Part shown: piece after piece, positions 32,653 to 43,031 of the stretch
Numbering within the stretch: the first letter of the stretch is position 1
Layout of the letters: every line of letters begins with the position of its first letter
Origin: Tetramitus jugosus
Taxonomy: Eukaryota > Protista > Heterolobosea
DNA: 64,000 bases
Assembly: GCA_937625935.1 (NCBI GenBank)
Contig: OW569372.1
Coordinates: 248,001 to 312,000 of the forward strand
Direction: 5' to 3'
The notes under the pieces: generated by a model
The model's database searches: none
Seen by the model: the letters and a program-made list of their open reading frames with translations, nothing else
Told to the model about the DNA's origin: nothing
Position numbers and translations under genes: made by a program

Positions 32653-35086
32653 TTACACTTTCGGCTGTAATTTGACCTCGGCTTGTTGGAACACATGCGC
32701 GAGATCTTTCGGCTCCCACATACTACTAAACAATTCTTCCTTGATTGAAGGTGAACTACGTTTCTCAATCTGTTTCAACAGCTGATCATACACACGAGTA
32801 ATGCTCTGCTTGATTGCATTAAACAAATCGCGTTGATGATTAAGCTTTGGTAGGTATAGTGGAAGCTTTGATACGAGCTGATCTAATGTTTCTGGCAGAG
32901 ACCGTGTAATTTGTTCATACATAGTTAGGACTTCTGCGCTGTCAATGATTGGAGCTACAGTGTTTTCGGTTTTTTGACTCTTCTGCTCATTGACAAGTGT
33001 AGTCAATCGCTTCAGGTATGACATGCAGGGATCAAAAGCTTGTCTTGTTACATTGAGAATGAGCTCCTCACAGGCTGATTCAAGAAGCTTTTCCAAATCT
33101 TTCTTGGCATCTACACTGGAGTGCACAATACGAGGTCTTGTCTGACTCATGATATCAAAGATGATATTCTTGACACGGAACGTGGCTTGTCCCTTCAAAA
33201 ATCGAAGCATTCCATCCCTTAGCTGAGAGAAGTCCAGCTCTGTTTCGACATTGATCGAGTTTATCTTGAACACTAAAATGTGTTCATGCAGTGCAAATAG
33301 GTGTCGAATAAAGAAGAGCTCTCCATCCATGACAGTCTTCTTCTCCGATATTTTTCTACTGGCCTCAATGAATGAGTTGGTACAAATTGATATAACCTCG
33401 TGGGCAAATCCTTCGAATATACCTACATCGACAGACTGGTGTAATCTGTCAAGGAGCAATGTTCCCATTTGTAGGATATCGAGATGTGGACCAGACAATG
33501 AAATATGATAGAGCTGATTTGATTCTATGGATGGACTTTGGGTGTCGTCCTTGTCTGCTTGATTCTGCTGATGATTGATGAGAATTTCTGGGTAGTTGAT
33601 CTCCTCCATAGTTGGCTTATATGAGCGCAAAATGTCGGATATGTACGTTGATGATCGATAAATCAAACGTTCCTGTACATCTTGAATCATGTGGTGCACA
33701 ATGGGTTCGAACGAGCTTGTTGATGCACCGCGAGGCATGGTCCCATCACCCAAGACTTCTGTTCGCAAAATGTCAATCACATCACACAGAACTCCGATTT
33801 TGTTCTCATGAATCAACATGGATCTCAAACCTTCGTACACAAGGTCACAGAAGGAACTAATGAATGAACGATAACCGGGCAACACCATATCACAGGAGAA
33901 GAAATGCTTGAAAAGCTCATCTTCTTCAGAGCATATCCGCAACATGTACCCACAACCGTCTCTCACATAAGCTTTCAAGTCCTGAGTTTGTGATAATGAC
34001 TGCACCTTTGCTTGAACTGTGCGATAAATCAGTGCATTTCTTTGTTGAACATAGCAATCGAAGCAATCCATGATAAACACGGAATATTCACTCTTGTTCG
34101 ACCTCAATTCAATCTCATGAATCATTGGTTGCAAGAATTCAATAGCAGCTCTAAACTGAATGTACAATAGAGGGGACAGATCAGTCATATCCTTTGTAAT
34201 CTTCGACAAGATATTGTCTGTCACTGATCTCAAAATGGTCAATACTTGATCTCTCAGTTGTGCTAGAGCACGTGATTGCAACATTCTATATCGTGCAATG
34301 TACTGCTTGGCTTCTCTGTACTCTCGATTCTTCATTAAAAAATCCAATGAATCATCCAATTGCTTCAAACTAATGGAAAATAGGTCAATGTTAATCATTG
34401 GCTTTCCTGCATCTAATTCTGCGCTAAACTCTTTCATGTCATCAAAATGATCCAATGCTTCCTTGATTCCACTTGTTATCATTGATAATTCCTCCTATAC
34501 AGATGTACATACATGCATCATATTAGTCTCACAATTCAAGTTTTTTTGCTCCAAACACACAAAAATAAACCATAAATTGTTGTTGTTTTGATCTTACCTT
34601 CTCTCCTAATAGTCTCTCACAGTCCTCATGCAAAGTACCAGTCTTTTGACAAACTGATCTATACTCTGATCGCAACTCATCACATGTATGAACTGTTTGT
34701 TCGATTTGATGAGTCAAATCCGTGCATATAGACTTGTACTGGATCAATTGATCAATATATTTCTTCTTTTGATCACTCAATCCATAAAATTCATTGTTAA
34801 ATGGTTGTTTGCCGTCACTTTCTATTGATGATGAATTTTGATACACTTGCTGATAAAAATCTTGTTCTGATAAAATTGGAGGATTATTGTTATTGTTATG
34901 ATGTTGTTGTGTCTGATCCATCTTATTTTGATCTTGTTGGTGTTGTTGATCAAAGAGTGATTCAATGTCTTCCAATAATCGTAGCTCTGTGGTTGAAAAT
35001 TGTGTTTGTTCGTCCCATTGTTGCAAAATGTCCAACATGGATTGATTTTGAACTTGTGATGATGATGATGGTCTGTTTTGTGTCAT
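32653..35086 (-). CDS. COG3: Conserved oligomeric Golgi complex subunit 3 (Sec34) (intron 34597-34495)
   Basis: KTGTLHEDCERLL, YREAKQY..RY..LQSRAL, QDVQERLIYR, DGELFFIRHL and DAKKDLEK. The GTAAGA...TAG intron is in frame. Confidence 0.92.
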
Positions 35087-35181
35087 GATTTGTTGTTTGT
35101 TTTTTTTTCTTCTATTTTGTTCGATTGTGTTGTTGTTGATTTGGTGTCGAATATGGATTTATAAGTTAAAAGCTATTGTAT

Positions 35182-35370
35182 TCAATTGGATCGAGAATTG
35201 CCAAAATAATAGGATTGAACCAATGTCAGAGCTGTAGTGGAGACAATAAAGGCGGAGAATACAAGAAAATTGGCGCGAGTTTGGATTTGTTCCTTTTCAA
35301 TGTTCTCTGGATGATTGGTGCCTTTGTAATAGATTCTCCTTAACTTTGTTTCGAATAGTTTGGATAACAT
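35182..35370 (-). CDS. Small tail-anchored membrane protein (62 aa), possibly Tom5-like
   Basis: ATG at 35370; charged N-half then one TM helix (ANFLVFSAFIVSTTALTLV). Confidence 0.45.
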   Translation of the reverse strand: MLSKLFETKLRRIYYKGTNHPENIEKEQIQTRANFLVFSAFIVSTTALTLVQSYYFGNSRSN

Positions 35371-35634
35371 GAGGTGTGTCAAAGAAAACAATCAAAAAAG
35401 CTTTTTCCTTGTGTGTTGTTCGTTTTCTTCTGCGATCGCAGTTTTATCCGCTCTGTTCGACTCCGATGCATTGTAAATTCGACATTGAATACTGCCGACA
35501 GATTTTTTTTCGTTGTTGGCGGGGAAAGGAAGATTCTTGGGTGGTAACTGTTCACACATTCGTTCAGCTGCAAAAACGCGATAAAAAACCAAACAACAAA
35601 GAAGAAAGCAAACGCTTCACCACACACACATAAA

Positions 35635-37693
35635 ATGAAAAAGATAGCTGCACTGTTGGCTTTGGCCTACATTGTGATTCTATTACTGTCAGGATTCTCT
35701 GATTCCATCATTGGTGCTGAACCAACAACTTCAATTGCACTCCCAACCACTATAAAATCAGGAATGGATGTCTTGAGCAAGGTCAATCCATTGTGTGCTG
35801 CCAATGAAAAGGAAGGAGCACTTGGTTTGCTATTGCTATTGTTTTTGTTGGCCATTTGTGTCATCATCATCTTTTTACTGCTTCATTTCCACATTCATTG
35901 GTTCCCTGAGAGTATCGGAGTGATTTTAGTGGGTGTTGTTGTGGGTATTTTGATTCGAGTGGTTCCAGGTTTTGAACTACCATCATTGACTCAGTTGGAT
36001 CCTACTATTTTCTTTGAAATTTTGTTGCCAGCGATCATTTTTGAGGCTGGTTACACGCTAGAGAAGGAAGATTTCTTCTATAACATTGGAAGTATTATCC
36101 TGTTTGCTTTTATCGGAACTGCAATCTCCACAGTTGTTGTTGCCACTGGTATTTATATGTTGGGATTCACTGGAATCTTTAGAGTTGAATTGGGCTTCAT
36201 TGACTGCTTTTTGTTTGGATCTTTGATTTCTGCTGTGGATCCTGTTGCTACACTTGCCATTTTCAATGCTCTCAAGGTCAACCCTACTCTGCATTACTTG
36301 GTCTTTGGTGAGTCAATTGTCAATGATGCTGTGGCTATTACACTGTTCACGTATGTATCCTTTCTTCACGATTTATTGATGGCGAGAAAAATGGAACGAT
36401 CACTAACCACACCAATCTAAACAACTTTTTCTTCTCATAACAACAACAACAACAGTACATTCAAGGCATTCAAGACTGCAACCACTGAGTCCACAACAAG
36501 GACTGTCCTCAAGGGTATCGGTATCTTTACATTGAACTCTGTTGGATCTGTGATTTTTGCATTGATTTGTGGATTTGCCAGTGCATTGTTCTTTAGATAT
36601 GTTGACATGAGAAAGTATCCAACATTGGAAATTACCTTGTTCCTTTTCTTTGCCTATGGTCCATACTTGTTCGGATTGCCATACTTGTCTGGTATCATGG
36701 TTGTTTTGATCTCTGGTATTGTCATGTCCTATTACACTGCTCCAAACATGTCAAAGTTGGCCCAAGACACAATTAGCAACATTTCCAAGTCGATTGCCTT
36801 CATTTCCGAGACGCTCGTTTTTATTTATTTGGGATTTGCTTGCTTCAGTTTCGCCAATCAGAACTGGGATATTGCTTTGATTGTTATTGTTCTCGTAAGT
36901 ACTCGATGACTTGTTTTTGTTTGATGATGTGTTGTTTTGAAATATTCATTCACTTACATCTCTCTCTTATGTTCATGATCATTAGATTCTTTGTATGATT
37001 GGAAGAGCTTTGAATATTGTTCCATTGTCAGCCATTGTCAACTTTTATAGAAAGGAGAAGATTGGATTCAAGAATCAATTTATTATGTGGTTCTCTGGTT
37101 TGAGAGGAGCTATTGCTTTTGCTTTGGCTATTGAGTTCTTGAGCCCAGAAGAAGGAATTGAGGGTCAATACTTGTTCACTACAACATTGGCTGTCGTTTT
37201 GTTCACCATTGTTGTGTTCGGAGGAGGTACATATCCATTCTTGAAGTTGCTGAAGGTTAAATCCAAGGACGAAGAATTGGCTGACAGAGGAATTTCCCCT
37301 ACTGGTGATACTTCTGCGGCTGTGCTCAGAGAGAAATCATTGCATGAAGAATTGGTGTTGAAGATTGATGCTCGTTTCTTCAGAAACTGGTTCGTCAGAA
37401 CTTCTGTCATGACCCAGCTTCACTCTGATTTGAGAGCAGCCACCGAAGAGGCCAGAAAGCAAAGAGATGCTGAAAAAGAACAAGATTTCGACAATGTTCA
37501 ATATTTGGGCAATGAAGTTGAATTGCACGAAGGATCCACCACCATCCCTGTCTCATTGAGCAACCCAAGAATGAATGAAAGTCCTGCAGAGGAAGACAAG
37601 GACGCCATGTTCCATTCATTCATCTCCAACCCACAAAAACTAGCTGCTGCCAGACAAGCTCTTGCCATGTATGACAGATCATTCAACCAATAA
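35635..37693 (+). CDS. Na+/H+ exchanger, CPA1/NHE8-like (introns 36351-36455, 36895-36985)
   Basis: LLPAIIFEAGY, ISAVDPVATL, VFGESIVNDAVAI and WFSGLRGAIAFAL. Both introns restore frame; the first has CTAAC. Confidence 0.95.
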
Positions 37694-37803
37694 AAGTTGT
37701 CATAATGTTCTTTTGATCGTTTTGGCGCCAAGCAACTGTCTACTGCAAAAGCGAGCCGTTATCACAAAGAAAAGGAAGACCTAAACACTTGAAACAAATA
37801 AGC

Positions 37804-39354
37804 ATGGAATACGAAGGAAGCAATGGAAGACTCAGCGGTTTAAAAGAGCTTAAAACCTCAACGAGGATAGTGGACCAGAACACAAAGAACTATAAGCGGT
37901 CAACCGAGGCAACAATGAGGAAGCAACGAATTGCTATTGAAAAGCTGAAGAAGGACAATGAGGTTCTCAAAGAACAACTTGCTACTCAAACTAGGAATAT
38001 GAATATATCTCAAACTGTATCGCTGACTAACAAGACGAACAAGTTGAATGAGATTAGTGATAGTTTGCAACAAAAGATCAAACTTGAGAGACTAAAGATT
38101 GAACAACTTCAAGAAAAAATTAACAAGTATGATGACAGAATCAAAGCATGTAGGAAGGAGATGGAAGATTTTGGAGGTGTTAACATTTCAAAGGAGAGTC
38201 ATACCAGCATTGAGAAGCAGATCAAAGTTCTGGAGAATCGACTCGATAAGGCTCTAGTGAAATTTAACGATTCATTAGCGATGAATAAGAAATTGAGGGA
38301 TACTATTGAGAATTTAAGACAGGAAAGAGTAGTATTTGATAACATTTACAAGAAGATGGAAAAAGAATTGCATGAAAAGAAAAAGGACATGGCACGTATT
38401 ATCGAGGCATCAAACTCTGCTTATGAGGAAGGAGATGAAGCACAGAGAGAACTAGCCGCGTTGAAGAGTCAGCATCAAATGAAAATGCAACGATTCGAAG
38501 CAGAGTTTGAAGAATTGGAAAAGCTTCTTGTTCAGAATGACATGTTGAACGAGAAGATGAATCTTACTAAGAAGGACAATAGAGACGAGGTCCTTGGTAA
38601 TAGTATGTCGTTGGACAATGAAAGAAATGCAAAGAGTTCTGGAGATAGAGTAAAGTTGAATTCAGTGATTCAGAAGGTCAAACAGTACGAAGAGATGCTC
38701 GAAAAAATTGAACAGGCAACAGGACATAACGTTGAGTCCTTAATCAAAGAGTTTTCAAACGCTGAGGACACCAATTTTTCTCTGTTCACTTATGTGAATG
38801 AATTGAACTCTGAAATTGAAAAATTAGAAGAACAGAATTCAGAGCTCGAAGAAGAATTGAACAAGTACAAGAGTGATGGACCGGCTTCAGATTCAGAAAA
38901 GATGAAAATGATCTCTGAGTTACAAGAGAACCTCAGAGGAGAGAAAGAAAAAGCTGATTCATTCGATCAAAAGTTCTTAGAAGCGATGGGCACTGTACAG
39001 GCCCTCACTGGCGGTATCAGTGGCGTGTTTGATTTGATAGGTTGTGATTCCCAGGCTATCACTGAAATGTTAGGAACAGCAGGGGTTACAGAAAGCAACA
39101 TGATGATCTACTTGGGAATGATTGAGCAGAGAACTAATCTACTGCTCAAAGTTTGGCAGACGAAAGGACCAAGCGAGAGTTCCATGGAGGAGGTGGAATC
39201 TGGTCCAAGACATCCGTTTGGCTCGACCAGCATTGTGATAAATGCCCCAAGCACTGGTGAAGAAGATGAGAGTGACGACGATATTGATGATGAAAGACCT
39301 CTCACCAGAGAAGAACTCATGGGCAAGATCTCCCAAAAAAAGAATAAATTGTAA
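37804..39354 (+). CDS. ODAD1: Outer dynein arm docking complex subunit (DC2/CCDC114/CCDC63 family)
   Basis: Coiled coil with IKVLENRLDKALVKFND, LRQERVVF, EDTNFSLFTYVNE, ESNMMIYLGMIEQR and RPLTREEL. Confidence 0.85.
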   Translation: MEYEGSNGRLSGLKELKTSTRIVDQNTKNYKRSTEATMRKQRIAIEKLKKDNEVLKEQLATQTRNMNISQTVSLTNKTNKLNEISDSLQQKIKLERLKIEQLQEKINKYDDRIKACRKEMEDFGGVNISKESHTSIEKQIKVLENRLDKALVKFNDSLAMNKKLRDTIENLRQERVVFDNIYKKMEKELHEKKKDMARIIEASNSAYEEGDEAQRELAALKSQHQMKMQRFEAEFEELEKLLVQNDMLNEKMNLTKKDNRDEVLGNSMSLDNERNAKSSGDRVKLNSVIQKVKQYEEMLEKIEQATGHNVESLIKEFSNAEDTNFSLFTYVNELNSEIEKLEEQNSELEEELNKYKSDGPASDSEKMKMISELQENLRGEKEKADSFDQKFLEAMGTVQALTGGISGVFDLIGCDSQAITEMLGTAGVTESNMMIYLGMIEQRTNLLLKVWQTKGPSESSMEEVESGPRHPFGSTSIVINAPSTGEEDESDDDIDDERPLTREELMGKISQKKNKL

Positions 39355-40084
39355 TTTCTATTGTATCACGATATCTCTTCCAAGGTTCACAAATCACCCA
39401 GATCGAGGCTCTCAGACTCAGTACTGCGGAAAGTACCAAGGTCCAGCAAAAAACTTGTGCTGCAGATACAATGTGATCGGAAATCTACAGCAGTGTTACA
39501 ACCCTCATTCCTGACAAGTACAAGTCAGAATGGCGTGTGTTACACCACCATTGCCAAATTCTTTTGTGATTTGAAAACAGGGACCATCAAGAAACGACTC
39601 TATTTGACGAAGGCTTCTCGAAACCAATCCCAATCTGTGCGGAACCTTCCATGCTCCTCTTTTGATTCTGCTGCCACAACAACATTATTGGTGCATACAG
39701 GGATGTCTGCTACTCACGCTTGCAAGGCTGATCGATACAATCCATCGTACGATTGTCTCTGCGGGATTCGTGATGGGAAGTAATTAAATAAATCATCCGT
39801 GCTGATAACAAAAAGGAAAAAGCCTACATTACTGAGGGTTCTCGAGTAGTCTCCTATCTCAATACTAACTCAGCCAGATGGTGCTTAACTTCTCTATTCG
39901 AAATGGGAAGAGGTGGTTCCACCATTGTATGAACGTAGACATTAATAATGTTTTTTCAATATTTTTGGCGCCGAAGGCCGGTAAGAAACTGGTAGTATAC
40001 GGTCACAAGAAGAGGTCTTGCATCAAACGATTACGCAATATCAAGAGACGTGAACAGTAACTCAGAACCTGCGGTTCTGAGCGA

Positions 40085-40400
40085 CACGTCTCTCAATTGA
40101 AGATGTTGTACTTGTCAAGAAACAAGATTTGTGGTTATCTCCACTTGTTGGTCACTTGAGCAATTTGACAAGTCCTAATCTGTCCTCCAACGAATTCCAA
40201 GGTGATTTTCCAGCTAGTCTTGTCAACATGACTCAATTGAGTCTATTGAACATTAGGAACAATGCCTTCTATGGTTCTATGCCACAAGAGTATGGTCAAT
40301 TGTCTTCATTGATCGCCATGTACGTTTCTCGAAACAAGATCACTAGCCTTCCAAGATGGACAAGTTGACCAACCTGCAGTACTTTAATGCATTAAAGAAA
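40085..40400 (+). pseudogene. Frameshifted fragment of an extracellular-type LRR gene
   Basis: LKMLYLSRNKI, then a frameshift, then LSNLTSPNLSSNEFQGDFP...LNIRNNAFYGSMP...VSRNKITSLP, then a frameshift, then KLTNLQYFN. No valid start codon. Confidence 0.7.
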
Positions 40401-40595
40401 GAATGTCAAACCTCATTGGTTCGATCAACGGAAAATAAAAAAATCTCGGATATTTTTTTTAGTTCGCAGTTGCTGCGCACTCGCTTTCCTGGTTGAAGAA
40501 TTTCGCTTCTGCTTTGTTTTTGAAAGGGAAAAACAAAACGAACACCCCGAGTGTGACACAAGCAGTGAGGAGTAGTAGTGTGCTATTGAAAAACA

Positions 40596-41930
40596 ATGGA
40601 TCAGATTCCAGATGAACTCGTATGGAGCATCTGTCTCTATGCAAACGACAAGGATCAACCAACGACAACACAAGCTGAATCGATGCAAAATCTGGCCACC
40701 AAAAGAACACACCTTCGACTTGTTTCGCACCAGTGGGATCGTGTTCTCAATAAGCCCATGTTCTGGAAGGATAAACTCATGCACAGTCAATATCTGATGC
40801 AATGTATACCCCTGGATCCCATTCATACCATTCTGACTGAAGCTTCTCTGAAGCGGGAATATGAAAAACTACGACAAGAATTGGCGGGAGAGTCGGAGCA
40901 ATCGGAACCAAACTGGAGGATTCGAAAGAAGAAACGACAGTTTTTTGTGATGGATCAGTGGGCTCGTAATTGGTTTGTAGAGTACATGAACAAATCGAAC
41001 CGATTGTGTAAGACGTTATTGAATGACTGGATCAGCTATTGGTCAAGCAACTTTGATTTTTCCGACAGTGAAGAGCTCACTTCGGATGATGACTCTTCAA
41101 GTGCAAGCAGCAAAAGTCAAAAACTGTTCGTTTTCCACACACCAGTTCAACTGCTCAAATGCGGAGTAGCTTGTTTTGGCGCAAGAGCTTTACGGTTGGA
41201 AAGCAAGGCACATGTGAGAAGAGTGCAGTTGAGCGTCGTAGCTTTGGAAGATCACAACAACAATGACCAAGTGAGCTCAGAGTCAGCCAAGGCAATTTAT
41301 GGTGTCAAACAAAAGGATGTTGTAACAAGTGGTGGAGAGGAGATGGAAGATGAATTGATGTCAATGATGGATGATCACACTTCCTATGAGTGCATTTATC
41401 ACACTGTCATGCAATTAACAAGCTTGGTACCATCGTTGACTGGTTCAAGCTTTGTTCAGTGTGGTGATCACTACGAGTGGAGTGATCCAAGCACGAACGG
41501 AGCCAGTAGCTATCCTCTCATTCCATTTATGTCCTTGAACTTTGGCAATGGAGTTTTAAATTTGGATTCTTTTGTGACTCAGCTGGGTGCTCACGAAGAA
41601 TTGTACAGTTCAGAAGATGTTTATCGTTGGAAGTCTATTCAAACTAGTGACAATGATGATGCATCGATGAGTGATGATGACAATGAAGAAGTGGAGGAAC
41701 AACAGAATGGGGATGCATTGTATGCTCCCAATTCGATGATACGGCTCGATCAGATCTTGCGTGGTCCCAAGTATCAATCGTACAGAGAATTTGTCACAAA
41801 TCACTTGGAAGAACCCAAATTTTGTATATTAGGAATGACACAGATGAATCCTGTGACAGTCTTCATTGTTGGTAAGATGAATGGATCACTTTGTGGCTTG
41901 TTCACTGCCACCTTCCGGTCGCCAAACTGA
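40596..41930 (+). CDS. F-box-like protein with a possible NuiA-like C-terminal domain
   Basis: IPDELVWSICLY...LRLVSHQWDRVL...FWK at the N-terminus; VFIVGKMNGSLCGLFT at the C-terminus. Confidence 0.7.
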   Translation: MDQIPDELVWSICLYANDKDQPTTTQAESMQNLATKRTHLRLVSHQWDRVLNKPMFWKDKLMHSQYLMQCIPLDPIHTILTEASLKREYEKLRQELAGESEQSEPNWRIRKKKRQFFVMDQWARNWFVEYMNKSNRLCKTLLNDWISYWSSNFDFSDSEELTSDDDSSSASSKSQKLFVFHTPVQLLKCGVACFGARALRLESKAHVRRVQLSVVALEDHNNNDQVSSESAKAIYGVKQKDVVTSGGEEMEDELMSMMDDHTSYECIYHTVMQLTSLVPSLTGSSFVQCGDHYEWSDPSTNGASSYPLIPFMSLNFGNGVLNLDSFVTQLGAHEELYSSEDVYRWKSIQTSDNDDASMSDDDNEEVEEQQNGDALYAPNSMIRLDQILRGPKYQSYREFVTNHLEEPKFCILGMTQMNPVTVFIVGKMNGSLCGLFTATFRSPN

Positions 41931-42001
41931 AGAAATGTGTAGTAAATATGTGAATAAATAAGCACGAATTGTGTTGTATTGGAGGAATAATTAGTAAGAT
42001 C

Positions 42002-42904
42002 TTATTGGTAGTTGTAAGAGGAGTAAATCTCTCTCGCTCTTCTCTCGCTTGGAGATTCAAATGTGGATGATGATGTCCTGGATGACGATGTGAGACTCTC
42101 CTTTTCTCCATTGTCCAGTTGACTCAACTTGTCATCCAGATTTTCAAAGCCTTCGTCCTCCTTGTGCAGGTAGGTCACCTTTCTATAAATGCAAGAACCT
42201 AGCAAATACAAATAGACAATGACGCCAATAATATCCAAGATGGCAGTACCAGAGTATGTTGCGTAGTAGCAGGTACAGTTCATTGTAGGGTTTTGCGGAT
42301 TCACATTGCACAACGATTTGGCATAGTAGCTGTTGCACCAGGTACGAGACTGTAGAATAGCATGAATATCCGTGAATGCCAACCAACCTAGACCAACTGC
42401 AGACGCAGCTACCAAAGCTGTATACACGAGACCAATAATTTTGCCCCATGCTTTTGCTGCAAACACAACCCAAACGATTCCAAAAAGGACAGCGACAATT
42501 TGCGATGAAACAATCGATAATCTTCTGATTTGTTGTCTGGTAGACCATCCACAGTGCAATACCATTTGATCCTTATCAATATCTCCACTCTTTGTTCTGG
42601 GAGTCGTAGGGAACAGACAAGTGGTTAAATTCCCCGATTTCCCGTTGTTCACCAAAAAGGTGTTGCAGACCTTGTACGATTCTGTTTCATTGGCTGAGGC
42701 ATGCTGGTTGTGGAATGAGAGTTGTACTTGGAAGGGACGATGCTGATTCAGAACAGTGTCCTGACAAAAGCTCTTATCATAGAAGGAAGCTTTCATATCA
42801 CGACCCTGCATAATACTGTATGTGATGATACCAGCACTGAGGAGTATGGATGCCAAGATACCCAACACTACGAAAATGTTGGCTTTGGTCTTGGATTGGG
42901 TCAT
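42002..42904 (-). CDS. Multi-pass membrane protein with Cys-rich extracellular loops
   Basis: Four hydrophobic helices, Cys-rich loops containing N-x-S/T sites, and a charged C-terminal tail. Confidence 0.7.
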   Translation of the reverse strand: MTQSKTKANIFVVLGILASILLSAGIITYSIMQGRDMKASFYDKSFCQDTVLNQHRPFQVQLSFHNQHASANETESYKVCNTFLVNNGKSGNLTTCLFPTTPRTKSGDIDKDQMVLHCGWSTRQQIRRLSIVSSQIVAVLFGIVWVVFAAKAWGKIIGLVYTALVAASAVGLGWLAFTDIHAILQSRTWCNSYYAKSLCNVNPQNPTMNCTCYYATYSGTAILDIIGVIVYLYLLGSCIYRKVTYLHKEDEGFENLDDKLSQLDNGEKESLTSSSRTSSSTFESPSERRAREIYSSYNYQ

Positions 42905-43031
42905 TTTTGCTGCTGCTGTTTGTTTGGCTCTGAATTCACTTTCCGCAGTTTACTGCGGTTTTTCGGAAGGTGGTCAAACTGACCCTTCGAATTGGAAGTT
43001 CGTTTGGGCAACAAAAAAAAATGGAAGAGCT

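Noticed and set aside
35455-35464. GTTCGACTCC B-box/T-loop-like sequence
   Set aside because: No cloverleaf could be built around it.
40061-40081. Perfect 9-bp inverted repeat CTCAGAACC-TGC-GGTTCTGAG
   Set aside because: Isolated, with no target-site duplication or second copy, so it cannot be called a mobile element.
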